Below, piece by piece: positions 41,001 through 56,000 of a stretch of 64,000 bases of DNA. The notes under the pieces are model-generated. The model had not been told where the DNA came from. It searched no databases and was given only the letters and a program-made list of their open reading frames with translations. Every line of letters begins with the position of its first letter. Position 1 is the first letter of the stretch. This stretch comes from Negaprion brevirostris. Taxonomy: Eukaryota. The stretch covers positions 42,606,239 through 42,670,238 of the forward strand of contig JARDVH010000031.1 in NCBI GenBank assembly GCA_030324005.1, given 5' to 3'. The translations under genes were made by a program, and so were the position numbers.

Positions 41001-44000
41001 CAGCGGGAAAACTGTTGAGATTCTCTCTGAGCGGATTAGCATAATTCAGATCACAATCCACCCACACTTAGTTACTTTTTGAAGATTAGGGAGATTCCTG
41101 CTTACAAAGCGGTGTGTGGGACATAAAGATGCCAGTAATGCCAGCCCCTCAGAGATCGGGGCAACTCGTTTTCCAGGCATCCCTCTAGAACCCCACCCCC
41201 CCCCATCCTCCTCACTGGCAAAGACCCAGCNNNNNNNNNNNNNNNNNNNNNNNNNNNNNNNNNNNNNNNNNNNNNNNNNNNNNNNNNNNNNNNNNNNNNN
41301 NNNNNNNNNNNNNNNNNNNNNNNNNNNNNNCCCCCTGCCCCACCCTTCATTGAATAGAATAAAGTGACGTCAAGTGACATTAGATAACTTATATTGTTGT
41401 ACTAAGTACTACATGTATATCATAAAGTTATATGAATCAATTACAACCCTTTTATTCATTTATATTTATTTTCTTTACATTTGTACTTTAAAAAGCTTCC
41501 ACGTTTTTTGGCTTACAAAAGTGTCGATAACAGCATGTAAACCAACAGATCAAAGCATGTCTGATTCAATGTGCATGAGTGTCAGATGACTAAGTTTCTT
41601 ATCGCTCATTGTTGAGTTCAAATAGATTTTGATCCTCTTCAGTGCCGCAAAAGGATTAAACCAATTTTTTTTTGCCCTTGGGCCTCCCTCCCTTCCAGGC
41701 CCCTAGTCTTAAGCCTACTCAGCCTAATGGTTAATCGGCCACCAAATGTACTCCAGACGTGTCTCTACTCATTTACTTCCCATATACTTGAGGTGATACA
41801 AAGCCCTGCTGCCCATGAGTTAACTTGCATCAAATCTTGTTCGCCCATCATCCAGGCACCAGCTGATTACTTTGGCTCTTGGTTAAACAACACCTTTCTT
41901 TTATAATTCTCTCCAAAGACCCATCTCCTCCCCACTTGCTGGTATCAGGCGCCCCCCCCCCCGCCCCAACCACACAATTGCAGCCACCTCCCCATCACCC
42001 TCCCCAAGCCAAAGGCTTTCCCCATTCAGGCCCTTCCTCTCATGCTCCCTCTTCATACTCCTCCATCTTTCAGGCCCCACCTGGCAGTGCTCCCTGGTAG
42101 TGCCATTTTGGTAGGGTCAGTCAGGCAGTGTGGGCACTGCCCAGCCACATGCCTGAACACTGGATGCTCCAATAGCCTCCGAACCCTGCAACGTGGCCAT
42201 CATGCCTGGTTTCCATTTGTGGAGGCAGTAGTGATCCCAGCCAGCTTCCCGTTCTGCAGGTAGGTTGGGGAATACCAGGAGGCAAGTGAATCTGGCAAAA
42301 ACCTGGAAATAAATATTTAAATGATTCAATTATGCTCATTTGGTTCACTCCCTCACTGGACATGAACCAGATTACATCACTGCAGCAGGGGCATCCCAAA
42401 AGGTGTTCTCTCTGGCACAAATAGCGTAATGGTCTCTCTTTCAAGATTCTCCAACCGTTATGCAATTTGCAGCTGATCATGTGGGGCCGGAGAATCACCC
42501 TCAATGTGTTGAATTTTTAAATGCTGTGCATGCGAGGAGTTGTAACTCTCATCAGGCAGGTGCAGAGTTGCAATCATCCAGGTTGCTTACATTTCAGACA
42601 GCTACTAGGATCCCATTGTTTGACTTTTAACCTGTACTATTCAGCAAGCAGCAAAGACACCCACCCAAGATTGATGGAATCCTTTATAGATGCATGTTGT
42701 GTTCTGATGATTGCCTAATAGTAATTTCAACTGGAGGACTGGGAAAGGAAGCTACTGGGGCTTTCCTCCAGGCGTAGACTTGGGGGGAAAAAGGGACTAG
42801 AGCCAGAAGACACCATATAGTTTATTTCAAACTTTGCAATTGTGGTAGCATGAGCAGGACTTTTGTAGTGGACTATCAATTTACAGATTTTGTTTTAATC
42901 TCAAATATTTTTCATTATTGAAAGGAATTAGACATGAGCTTGACTGGATTAACAGTAGCTTTTGAAAGAGCCACATCTGAAAAAGTCCGTTGTCAGGATG
43001 AAGTGAACAGAACCAATAAGACAATTGAACTGGCTAACAGATTAGTAAAAGGCCTAGAGGTGAGATCCCATAATATCTCCTGGTGCAGCAATTTATCTGT
43101 TATACTGTTACCTAAAAATGGTCCTAATAATTNNNNNNNNNNNNNNNNNNNNNNNNNNNNNNNNNNNNNNNNNNNNNNNNNNNNNNNNNNNNNNNNNNNN
43201 NNNNNNNNNNNNNNNNNNNNNNNNNNNNNNNNTACTGTTACCTAAAAATGGTCCTAATAATTTACAACAGCCAAACTGCTTAAAATACTTTAATACCATA
43301 ATGCCTTATTTTTTTTCCACAATTTAATAAAATGTTGACACTATTGTTAAAACCAAAACATTACAGAATAAAATTAACATTTGTCATGATATTGTTTATA
43401 AGATGCAGCCTGCTCAGATTCATTTTCATCCCAAGAAAATAAGCATAATTTAGCAGTTTATTTTTGTATTCTGCTATCTGAACATTTATTGATGTTTTCA
43501 ATTTTTTGTTGTTTTTCATATGTTAGTCAGAGAATGTACGCTGGGCTCAGTCTGTCACACAGTATCATGAACAGGAGAAGACTCTCTGTGGAGATGTTCT
43601 CTTGATGACAGCTTTCATTTCCTATGCTGGTTCTTTCTCAAAGAAGTATCGATGTGAGCTTGTTCAAAACATGTGGATGCCTTACTTGAGAAGCCAAAAG
43701 GTAGATATTTCAGTTGCTAAGAGTAAAACATATTTTCTTACAACTGTCCTTGGAACTATTTTTATCATAAATGTTAATAACATAATCCCAATAGTGTTGG
43801 TGATATGTATAGTGCTTACATTACTTTTCAGATGTTCTAATTGTACAAGGACAGCTTAAAATTTTTGGTCAGGTCTACTGAAGACTTACCTCCAGGAACT
43901 GAAGCATATTAAATTAGTTACAAATTTGTTTTAAATAAAAAGGGTGAGGTTTGCAGTGAAATAGCATAAAAAATACAAATATATTTTAATGACACTACAG

Positions 44001-47000
44001 TTTTGTTTAATTTATTTTTGCTGATCTGCCCGCCAAAATTGTTTGTTTTTAGAGTTTATTTGACACAAACTGGCATAATCATAGTTGCTTCAGTGAATGT
44101 CTGTACCTCTCAAACTGAAGCCCAGCTTAATAAAGCTGCTCTGATAACTTACTATTTACACAGCCTTCAGCTTCTTGCAATTAGCGATAATTCTCTTTTT
44201 TTGGACTTTGCAACAGTTTCAGTTCTCAGATTCAGAATGAAGAAACGAAGAGGCAAGCATAGAAACATAGAAAATAGGAGCAAGAGGAGGCCATTTGGCC
44301 CTTTGCGTCTGCTCCACATTCATTATGATCATGGCTGATCATCCAGCTCAATAGCCTGATCCCACCATTCTCTTTTGATCTCCTTCGCCTCATGTGGTTT
44401 ATCTAACTGCTTCAACTACTTACTGTGGTAGTGAATTCCGTAGGTTGACCACTCTCTGGGTGAAGAAATTTCTCCTAATATCTGTCCTAAACAGTTTACC
44501 CTGTATCTTCAGATATGACCCTGTTTCCTGACACCCCCATCATTGGGAACATCCTTCTTGCATCTACCCTGTCTAGGCCTGTAAGCATTTTATAGGTTTC
44601 TATGAGATCCCCTACAATACTTCTGAACCCCAGCAAATACAATCCTGACTCAATCACTCTTCATGTGTCAGGAATCCATCTGGTAAACCTTCTCTGCACT
44701 CCCTCCAGAACAAGAACATCCTTCCTCAGATAAGGAGACCAAAACTGCACACAATATTATAGATGTGGCCTCACCAATATCCTATAATTGCAGCAAGACA
44801 TGCCTGCTCCTGTATTTGAGTCCTTTCACTGTGAAAGCTAACATTCCATTTGCAGGATGTAAACAGGACTTAAAAATTTGTTTGTGTAGTACCACTTCAA
44901 ATTGATGATGAGTAAACAACATTGTTTCCCTTGGGCCAGTTGCTACCTGTGCAACTTCTGCGAGCTTCCTCATTGTTATCATTGAAGAAAGCCAGGAGGC
45001 CTTGTAGGTAACGGCAACAGTGTTGCCTGCCCCAGGAAATTTATATAGTCTATGTGGCTTTGATGCAAAATTATGTGAGTGAACAGATTTTTAGCCCAAA
45101 ACCTTCAATGTAGGTGATTAATTCTACAATCGTAACTCTACTTAAATCAATTCAGAGATAGGCAAAACATGGTAGACATAGGACAGGATTTTCCATGCTT
45201 CCTTGTAGCTTATTCTGGGGTGGCGGAAGCAGCTCACAATTAGCTAGCAGCGGGATCTTCTGATCCAGCCATTGTCAATGGCGTTTTCTGTTCTGTGCAA
45301 CCGCCTACCCCGAGCTCCCCACTGTTAGGAAACCCATGGTGGGGGTTTTCTGTTGGCACAACTGAAAGATCCTATCGGCGAGAACAGCTATGAAGTTCCG
45401 GCCATACTGTCTCCTTTTATTATAGGCTAACACAACAGAATTATACTTGTGGATGATTACCATAATTGGACAGGATTGTTATTCACATTTGCCTTCAAGC
45501 TAGATAAGTAACCCAGTACTAGTTTCTTGTAGCATCTCAAATGCCTTCCTTTTCTGCTGCATTCTTCTGAAATTTCAAAATTTACTTCACCTCACGTACT
45601 GCTGTTTTTGTAAATCAGCACCTTCAAGGAACAATGCAAACCTAATGGTATTGGATTTATGTATTCAAACCTTTGTTCTTGGCCCACATCTTAACCTCAG
45701 TGCTGCGTTAGCAGCTCAACAATTGCATTGAGCTTTTGTCAATATGCCTTTTACTTTGTTGTATTTGGGATTTCTGTTGCTGATGATGGCAATTTTGGGG
45801 ATTGCAATCTATCCAGGTGGATCTGCTATCTCTTAAAATAAAATGGGAATGGCAATATAGTGCTAATGTTACTGGACTAGTAAATAGAAGTCTGACTAAT
45901 GATTCGGACACTTGAATTCAATCCCACCAAGGCATCGGGTGGGGGGATTTTCAATTCAATTCATGAAATAAATCTCTCATAAAAAGCTAGTCACAGTTAG
46001 ATTGATGGTGAAACAACTGGATTGTTGTAAAAATGCATCCAGTTAAATAATATAAAACAGAAAATGCTGGAAGACCTCACAGATCTGGCAGACAGCTCTG
46101 AAGATGTCATATAGTCTCGAAACATTAACTTTGGGCCCTATTTTACCATTTTTATTATAAGTGTTGGCGGACTTCAAACTGGGAATATTTTAGATCTGAC
46201 TTTTAGACCCGCTCTGAGGCGCCCCATGCGCAGTCTGCCTGCAAAAATATCAGCAAGTCCGAATCGCGCTGCGCAAACCTGTGGGCGGGGTTTCATGGGC
46301 CTGAAACCCTGGAGCTTCAATTGGCACCTCCAACTGCACATGCGCAGAAAAAAAATTAATAGAATGCGGCTCCCCTGCCAAATCACCCTTAGGCCAAATA
46401 ATGCCCCTTCATGGACATTGCCCCATCCCCACAACACTAGTGAGCCCTTTATCCCTGTACATCCCCACCACCCAGACCAATCGCAGGCCTTAACCCCCCT
46501 CCCCCCTCACTCATTACAGGTAGAGTGGCAGCAGACTCTCATCCCCCCTCACTGATCACAAGCAGAGCGGCAGCAGACTGCCCTCATGCACCCCCCACCC
46601 CGAACTGATCTCCCTCCTCCCCACACACACCAATCTGAAGCAAAGAGCTGTTGGATGGTCGACACTTACCTCCTCACTAACCCTCACTAATTGAGTGCCT
46701 GAATCGGACTTATATGGAGCATGTCTGTTTCGCGCCGATTCTGGATGGGCGAATGCAGTGGTAAAGGGGGAAGTGCCAGTGAAGTTGGGCGTGCAGCCCA
46801 TTAAGTCAAGTTAAATGCATGCAGTTACGTTTAAATGGCTGTCGCGCCCGTTACGGATGCGATCCCAATTGCCGCTGTTTTTGGGACTTGGTAAAGGGGA
46901 ACTGGTGCGGAGGCGGGCGCGGATCATGCTACTCGCCTCACACCCAACTTTACCAAGTTTTCGTGCTTGAAAATGGGCACAACATGATGGTAAAATTAGG

Positions 47001-50000
47001 CCCTCTGTTTTTCTCTCTCTGCAGATACTGCCAGACCTGATAGGTTTTCCAGCATTTTTTGTTTTCAGATTGAGTGCCTCCTGAGGTGCCTAGCATTGCA
47101 TTTGACAGTCTTCAACAAATTTGATTCACCCTACATGATATCAAGAAACGGTTGAGGGTACTGGATACATGTTGCAAGCCCTGACAACATTCTGGCAGTA
47201 ATACTGAAGTATTGTGCTCCAAAACAAGCCATACCTCCAGCTAAGCCATTCCAGAATAGGTACAACATTGTATCCACAAAAAGCAGGACAAATCCAATCC
47301 AGCCAATTACCACTTCATTAATCTACTCTCAATCATCATCAAAGTGATGGAAGATATCGTCGACATTGCTATCAAGTGACACTTACTCCCAATGTTTAGT
47401 TTGGATTTCACCAGGTTACTTGACACCAGACCTAATTACATATATGGTCCAAACATGAACATAGATTTGACCAAGTGTGGCATCAAGAGTGCTGGCAAAA
47501 CTGAAGTTAATAGGAATCCGGAGTGAGGGGAAGCCCTTCGCTGGTTGGAGCCATGTTTAGCACAAAGGAAGATAGTTGCAGTTGTTGGAATCTAATTGTC
47601 ATAGCACATGATGTCGCTGCAGGAGATCCTCAGGATAATGTCTTAGGCCCAACCATCTTCAGCTGCTTTATCAATGACCACCCCTCCATCAGAAGTGAGA
47701 ACATTCACTGATAATGCACAGTGCTCAATGCTATTTATAACCTCAGATACTGAAACAGCCTGTGCCCTCAAACAGCAAAACATAGATAAAATTTTGACGT
47801 TGGCTGATATGTGGTAAGTAGCGTTCAGGCCACATATATACTAGGCAATGACCCCTTCCAACAAGGGAGAATGTTCCCATCTCCTCTTGAAATACAACAA
47901 CATTACCATTGCTGAATCCTCCACTATCATCATTCTGACCATGACCATTGACCAGAAACCTAACTGCAGTAGCCATATAAATACTGTGGCTACAAGAGCA
48001 GGTCAGAAGTTGAGAATTCTGTGGTGAGTTGCACCCCCCTGCCGACAACGACGACCCCCCCCCCCCCAAAAAAAAGCCTGTACACTACTTACAAAGCATA
48101 AGTCAGGAGCATGTTGGAATATTCTTCACTTGCCTGGATGATTGCAACATCAATAACACTTGAGGAGCTTAACAAAATACAGGACAAGGCAGTCCAATTG
48201 ACTGGCACCCCATCCAACACCTTAAACATTCACCCCCACTGCACTGGCATACAGTGGCAGCAGTGTTCACCATATTACAAGGTGCACTGCAGCAACTGAA
48301 GAATGCTTCGTTGACAGCATCTTCCAAACCCACCCTTTCTACCACCTAGAAGAACAAGGGCAGCAACCACATGGGAACACCACCACCAAGAAGTTATCTT
48401 CCAAGCCACACACCATCTGATTTGGAACTATATCACTATTCCTTCACCTTCACTGAAACAACAGTGTGGAACTCCCTTCCTAACAGCACAGTTGGTGTAC
48501 CTACACCATATGGACTGCAGCAGTTCAAGAAATTGGCTCACCACCACCTCCTCAAAAACAATTAGGCATGGATAATAAATGATGGCCCCTGGTGCTGTTC
48601 ATGTCCTGTGAACAGATATTAGGACACATTTAGTCCAAAAGTTTCCAGCTGTTCCCACCAACAGGGTCTTCTGGTCCTGCCAACAGTGCTCCCTCACAGT
48701 GTGAGGTGGAGTTGATGGAAAATCCTATTGACAGCGGCCAGACCAGAAAGTCTAGCTGAAGATGCGCCACCTCCTGCCTGAGAAACACACCACAGGAGGC
48801 CAGAAGAGAATAAAGTATATTGAGATGAAAATTAGGTCAGTATTGTGCATTCTTAAAAAATTTCCACAGGACCATTTAAGAGGCAAAGTTTCTAGCCATC
48901 ATGACTAATAGACTAGAGAGGCCTGTGGAAGAAGCATGTCTTAGTTTGGGATTCTCTTAAGGTTAACTTCCAAGTTGAGTTGGTCGTTAGGAAAGCAATT
49001 GCAACGTTAGCATTCATTTTGAGAGGACTAGAATACAAAAGCAGGAATGTACTGCTGAGGTTTTATAAGATTCCGACTAGACCACATTTGGAATATTGTG
49101 AGCAATTTTGGCCCCGCATCTAAGGATGCATGTGCTAGCCCTGGAGAAGATGCAGAGGAGGTTTATGAGAGTGTATTCCAGGAATTAAAAGCTTGACGTA
49201 TGAGAAGCATTTAAAGACGATACTTGAAGGATGAGGGGGATGTCATTGAAAATTATGGACTACTGAAAGACCTGGATAGAGTGTAGATAGGAAGATGATT
49301 CCATTAGTAGGAGAAGCTAGGATCCAAGAGCACAGCCTCAGAGTAAGGGGACTCTTTAGAACCAAGATGAGAGGAATTTCTTCAGCCAGAGAGTGGTGAA
49401 TCTATGGAATTCATTGCCACAGAAGGCTGCAGAGGCAAGGTTATTGAGTGTACTTAAGACAGAGAGAGTTAGGTTCTTGATTGGTAAAGGGATCAAAGAT
49501 TACAGGGAAAAGCCTGGAGAATGGGGTTGAGAAACTTATCAGCCATCATTGAATGGTGGAGTAGACTCGATGGGCCAAATAGTCTAAATCTGCTCCCATA
49601 TCTTATGGTCTTATGATTCTCAAGTCAGTAGTCTGTGTCAAAGAGTGGCTGCTCCGTACACTATATTAAACCAGGTGTACTTGTGAAGTGAGGGTCATCT
49701 TGAAGATCCAGGTTTGGATCACTGTTTCTGCCATAGTTCCTAAGCTTGAAAGGCCATTTGAGAACTATGCTAACCTTTGGTGGAGGAGATTCTGGCTTCC
49801 ATGAATTCTTTGAGAAAGTGACAAGAAGGGTTGAGGTTCAGTAGATGTTGTGTTCATGGATTTTAGCAAGGAGTTTGACAAGGTCCCATGTGGCAGATTA
49901 GTCAAAAAGTAAAAGTCTATGGGATACAGGGTAATGTGGCAAATTGGATCAATAGTTGGCGTAGTAACAGGAAACAAAGGGTAAAGGTCAATGAATACCC

Positions 50001-53000
50001 CTGTAAATGGAAAGTTGTTTCAAGTGGTTTCCACAGGATGAGGTGTTGGGACCCTTGCCATTTTTGTTGTATATTAACAATTTGGACATGAACACGTGGG
50101 GCTAAATTGGAAAATTTGCAGATGAAGATTGGCTGAATAGTGGATCGTGTAGCGTGTAGCTGTAATCTGCAAAATTATGTTGATGGGTTGGTACAGTGGT
50201 GGTAAAGTGGCAGATGGATTTTAACGTAGAGAATTATGAGGTAATGCATTTAGGGATTGAAACAGTTCTAGAGAATACATAATAAATGGGAATATACTAA
50301 GAAGGGTAGATGAAGTGATCTTGGCATACAAATACACAGGTCCCTAAAGGCAGCAGTACAAGTAGACAAGGTTGTAAACAAGGCATATGGAATGTTCTCC
50401 TTATTAGCAGAGGTATAGAATATAAAAGTAAGGATGTAATGTTGGAATTGTATAAAACACTGGTGAGGCCACAATTGGAATATTGTGTGCAGTTCTGGTC
50501 ACCATATTACTGGAAGGATGTAATTGATCTGGAGAGAGTGCAGAGGAGGTTTACAAGAATTTTGCCAGGCGAGAAAAGTGTAGCTCTAAGGACAGATTGG
50601 ATAGATTAGGGTTATTTTCCTTGGAGCTAAGAAGGCTGAGGAGTGACTTGATAGAAGTGATACTAAATTATCAGGGGAAAAGATAAAGTGAACAGAATAA
50701 AATTGTTTTCCTTGGTGGAGAATTCTGGATAGAACCAGGGAACATAGACTCAAGATAAGTGGCAGTAAGAGTAGAGGGAACACGAGGAAGATTTTTTTTA
50801 TATGCAAAGGGTGGTGGGTGTCTGGAATTCGTAACCCGAGTTGATGGTGGAGGCAAGCACCTGGATTTGTACCTTAAATGATGTAAGCTACAGGGATATG
50901 GGCTAGGTACAGGAATATGGAATTAAAAAGGGGACCTGCATGTCCTTAGGCTGGCATGGATAAGATAGGCCATATGGCATCCTGTGCTATAACCTTTTTA
51001 TGGTTCTATGGCACACACTGCAATGATTGTGGCCTCCTGAGTAAGCGGACACTGAAGATGCCCATAGTGACATGAGTTATCATGTTTAAATTATTTCACC
51101 TCCATCTGATAATAGATGGGTATGACAAATTCACTAGGAAAGTCTGTCCAACGGCTGCTCCAAGCAAACACTTTTTCATACCCTGTATATTTTTCCTCAT
51201 TTTCCTATCAATTGTATTCCTTTACTGGTCCTTGAGCACTATACCCATAAACACTGAGCATTCTTTGGCTCTTTTCAATTGAGAATGCCAGTGGTTTGCT
51301 GTATGGTGTTCTGGTAGCAGGATGACTCTCACTGTTTGAACACTGTCCACAAGTGTTTGGGTGGTGGAGAGGTATCATCAGCCATGTAGCCCTTGTCACC
51401 AACCAACCACTTTCTGGTTCGCCATTGTTACTTGAATATGCTGGGTACAGAATCAGTCTCGTGGCTGCTGCCAGAGTAGCGTGCAACAATCAACTCATGT
51501 CAACTCTTTTCATGGTCACATACCAAATACATTTTAAGGGAATTAATCCCTTGCAGTTCCAGTCCTTCCCCCTGTTGGAGTACTGTACTTGCAGAATCAA
51601 GTGTATGCAGTTGATGGCTTCTTGCAGCATTGGAAATTATGCTACCCTGACAAAGCCACTTGCCCACTCTCTCCCTCCTGCTCAAAGAAGACAATGAAGT
51701 CTTTCCTTCTACCATCTCTCTTGCCTAATGAATTAATACATGGTGATCTGAGATATTAGCAATGTTTCCAGCTCCAGTCAGGAAGGTATTGAAATTCAGA
51801 GCTGTGGTGATCCTGATGGTCACTGGTAGCCCACCTGCACCTTGCTCTGCAGTTCTGTGGCCATCTTTGGTGAATCACAGCCACCTCAGCCAATGCTCCT
51901 GGCTGAATGGAGATAGCACAAGATTCTCAGTGCATAGGATCTCCTAATAAGGGCCTTTCCTTTCTTCCCTCTGCACATAACTTTCCCTTTCAGCTGTCTG
52001 TGCTCCATTTCCATCTTGAGTTGCAACTCAGGAGTAAGTGCAACTCTAACCCCCATGAGAGAGACAGCTGGCTTTCTGCTCAGAAAACTACCAAACAGTT
52101 GGGAAAATCCAGTACAACTCCCTTCTGACTCCAAAAACCTGTAGATGCTGCACCAAGAACAGTATTCACTAATTCTACAGCAGCAAAAGAAAGTCAAAAG
52201 CATCTCAGCTGAAAGTCCCAAATCAATGCTGTTAAAGAGCAATCATGGGATAGACTGTCATGCAGTTTAACATGTGTTCAGCTGTGAATGCTTAAGAGGA
52301 CTTTAACAGGAGTTACAAGGTCTAAAATTGCAGGTTAGGCACGAATCAATGGTGTCAGCTGAATGACGTAACAATCTGCTCCCAGAACAACAGGCCCGTA
52401 CTTCCAAACATGACAATCTGCGCATGTCGGAAATGGCCAGAAATGGAGGAGCCACCATTTTCGGCACTTCCAGACTTCTGCAGCAGCAATACCAGAAGCA
52501 TTTTGGAGCCCAGATTTGGGGCTTTGCATCCACATTGGCACTGCATTCAAATGTCTGAACTATGAATATATCTTTAATATAAAATTATATTAGGCTAGGC
52601 TTTGAGACCATGAGGAACTTTTCCATCATGAAAAGATTTTGCCTGTCTTACAAGCTAAAGAATAGGTTAATACTCTATACTATTTTGTCTATGCTACATA
52701 TGCTGTAGTAACCTGTATTAACCCATTTAATTTTGAACCATAAGCACAGTGGTTAGCACTGCTGTCTCATAGCTCTAGGGACATAGGTTTGATTCCCAGC
52801 TTGGGTCACTGTCTGTGTGGAGTTTGCATGTTCTCCCTGTGTCTGCATGGGTTTTCTCTGGGTACTCTGGTTTCCTTCCACAGTCCAGGGAGACCTCCCA
52901 CAGCGCATTGACCATGCTACATTGCCCTTTAATGTCCCAGGATGTGTAGGTTAGAGGAATTAGTGGGGTAAATATCTTATGATCTGTGTCTTAATCAAAG

Positions 53001-56000
53001 AGTGGCTGCTCCGTACACTATATTAAACCAGGTGTACTTGTGAAGTGAGGGTCATCTTGAAGATCCAGGTTTGGATCACTGTTTCTGCCATAGTTCCTAA
53101 GCTTGAAAGGCCATTTGAGAACTATGCTAACCTTTGGTGGAGGAGATTCTGGCTTCCATGAATTCTTTGAGAAAGTGACAAGAAGGGTTGAGGTTCAGTA
53201 GATGTTGTGTTCATGGATTTTAGCAATTAGGGGGATAGGGCCTGTGTGGTATTGTTATCAATGCAGACTTGATGGGCCAAATGGCCTCCTGCTGCGCTGT
53301 ACGGTTTCTATGATTCCATGATTTCCATGATTCTGTCTGTGTATTGGGCAAATACAATAATAGTGTAAGTAGGCAAATGGTACAATTACATCCAAACAAA
53401 AAATATAGATCCAACAGAGGTATTTTAGATCATAATAAATAACAAGAATTTCCTTAACATGATAGAATTGAGATTTTAAAATTATGTTTAAATACTTTGC
53501 TCACTCACGCAGGTAACATCATAAAATTTATGTAGAAGAAAATAATAAGCTCACTTAATGTGGAAAATTGTCCGCATGCTCCTTTGAGTTTTATTTTTAC
53601 TAGTTTGAAACCAGCAAAGATAAACAATTTTGTGTAAGTTTGGCTTTCCTATAGCAAGGTTTTAGCAAGAAATGAATTAAAGAATTTAAAGTGCATTAAA
53701 TTAATTAACTTTCTTGACCTAGGTTCCAATTCCAATGACTGAAGGTTTGGATGCTGTTGCCTTGCTCACAGATGATGCAACAATTGCAGCCTGGAATAAT
53801 GAAGGCTTGCCCAGTGATAAAACGTCTACTGAAAATGCCACCATTTTTTCCAACTGTGAACGATGGCCACTCTTGATTGATCCTCAACTCCAGGGAATCA
53901 AATGGATCAAAAGCAAATACGGTCCATGCTTGAAAGTCATTAATTTGGGTCAAAAGGGGTGAGAGAACGACTGCTTAATCTGCAACCAGAATGTGCAAAA
54001 ATCAAAGTTAATCTTTAAGATGCAACACTCAGAAAAGGATCGTCATCTACCTTTCATGTGAACCTGTTCTCTACCCTTTAAAGAAATAGCTGCACCTTTT
54101 TCAACTCTGATAATTACATTGAGTTGGTTTGGCCATCCAGTAGGAAAGTGAGAGGAGATGGTTGGTGTGAGACAGGCTTTCTGGAGAAGATTCCAGGTCA
54201 CTACTTACTACATAGTTATGCATGCTGTCAGCGTGAAATATGCAATTTGCCAATCTGGATGAGAGAAGTTTAGAACTTGCAGATTCTTTCTTAAGAATCG
54301 GTAACAAATGAAAGGGGAGTTACATTTTTATGACTAAAGCAAGAGTGCAACTCTTGGAAAATGTTCTTGGATAAAATAATTTTACTCAAGAAACATTTAT
54401 TGTGGATAGGCTAAATCCAGGAGAAGGAGGAGAGCATCCTTGCCTCTGGTGGTTAGCAGGTACCAAGTATAGTGGTATAACAGATTTGGCAGAAGTGGCA
54501 TTATTTGTGAATATGAGTAGCATAATTTTCAAAATTTGATTTCAGTCATAAAGGAATTTCATGATCTCACCAGAATGCAAATTCAGGACTCCACATCTCA
54601 TACATCACTACCTAAGGCTATCTTTGTCTCAGAATCATCAATCCTTCACCTCCCTACTGCTATCCATAAGTTAGCACAGAACACTTCACTGTCCTTCTTT
54701 TCTACTTCATAAACTGGTACAGCCCTTGCAATTAATTCTCCATCATGCCCATACATGCTACTTCTTCTGTCAAAAACGTACACTGCACACTATGGCTAGC
54801 TGGCTCATACATGACAAAGGTCAAAACTCTTGTAGCAAATTTAACCCATTTTTACTTCTTGCTGGAGAGGCTACCGCATGGCAGGGGAGACAGCCAATAT
54901 GGGCAAATGTCTCAAACACACTGCACACATCTGACACTATGAATTGCAGCAAACTAATGGGACAACCCGTGACTATTTCTACCAAAAATGACAAAGACAC
55001 AAATATAAAAGGCTGAGTATTTTTTATGTGAGTTTATGCACAAGAAATTCTTTAAGGTTTAGTCTGCCAGCTATGGAGCTTTCAAAATAAATGATAGTAA
55101 GGTGAAGTCCTGTGTACTGTTATTACACTTGTTAATAATGCTGTGCACCCAACCATGGCTTTATGTTTGACACTCCTACTGTAACACTAGATAGAAATAA
55201 GTTTGAAGAAACCCTTTGCAGCTTGTCGTTCAGCACTGTCAATTGCCATAACGTGCCTCCAACTTATGATATCCGATGTATATCCGATGTGGGGACAAGC
55301 TGAACAGGCAATCTCTAATTTTTCTAGTTACCGTTTACTGCCACACCCTGCATATGGTTTAAGGTGCGACAATAATAGCCCAATAGAGTGTTTAGAGAAA
55401 ATGCCTGATGTGATAGAAGAATGCTCGAGGTGGATTTCCCTGGCCCTGGGGAAATAGGCTGAGAAGAAAACTACAGAGCTGAATCAGGTGGTTTACCAGC
55501 AGTTAGGGCTTGAATGTGGATCAGCTGTCTGCCAATTTATCAGTTGTTTGGGAGGTCCTCCCAGCTACCAGCCTTCACAGCAGCACACAAGCAGCTCATT
55601 CAGTTGTACCTTGGTCAAGAGGAGCAGTTACAAGTAGCAAGAGGAGCTCCAGCAGAAGCAACTCGAGTAGGAGCATCTTTCTCATCAGCCACCCTCCGCT
55701 CCATATAGCCGATATGATAAACTTTGAGTTCCAGCTGCCAGGAAGTGACACTCAGTACAGGTACACTGAGAGTGGATCAAATTTCTGAAAATGTCTGAGC
55801 AACTGTACCTCTGGTGGCTCAGACTTTCTTGACAGGTCAATGCTTACATTTGCCACCTCCTGGAAGAATATCTCTTGCCCAGTGGACCAAATGAACATGC
55901 ATAGCCATTGAATAGCAAGGTCATTGCAGCCCTGAATTTATAGAACATAGAACATTACAGNNNNNNNNNNNNNNNNNNNNNNNNNNNNNNNNNNNNNNNN

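Noticed and set aside
43103-43262. Direct repeat tactgttacctaaaaatggtcctaataatt on both sides of an N gap (similarly atcacctt around 37192-37201)
   Set aside because: Most likely unmerged contig overlap. It could be the TSD of an unresolved insertion, but that cannot be supported without the gap sequence.
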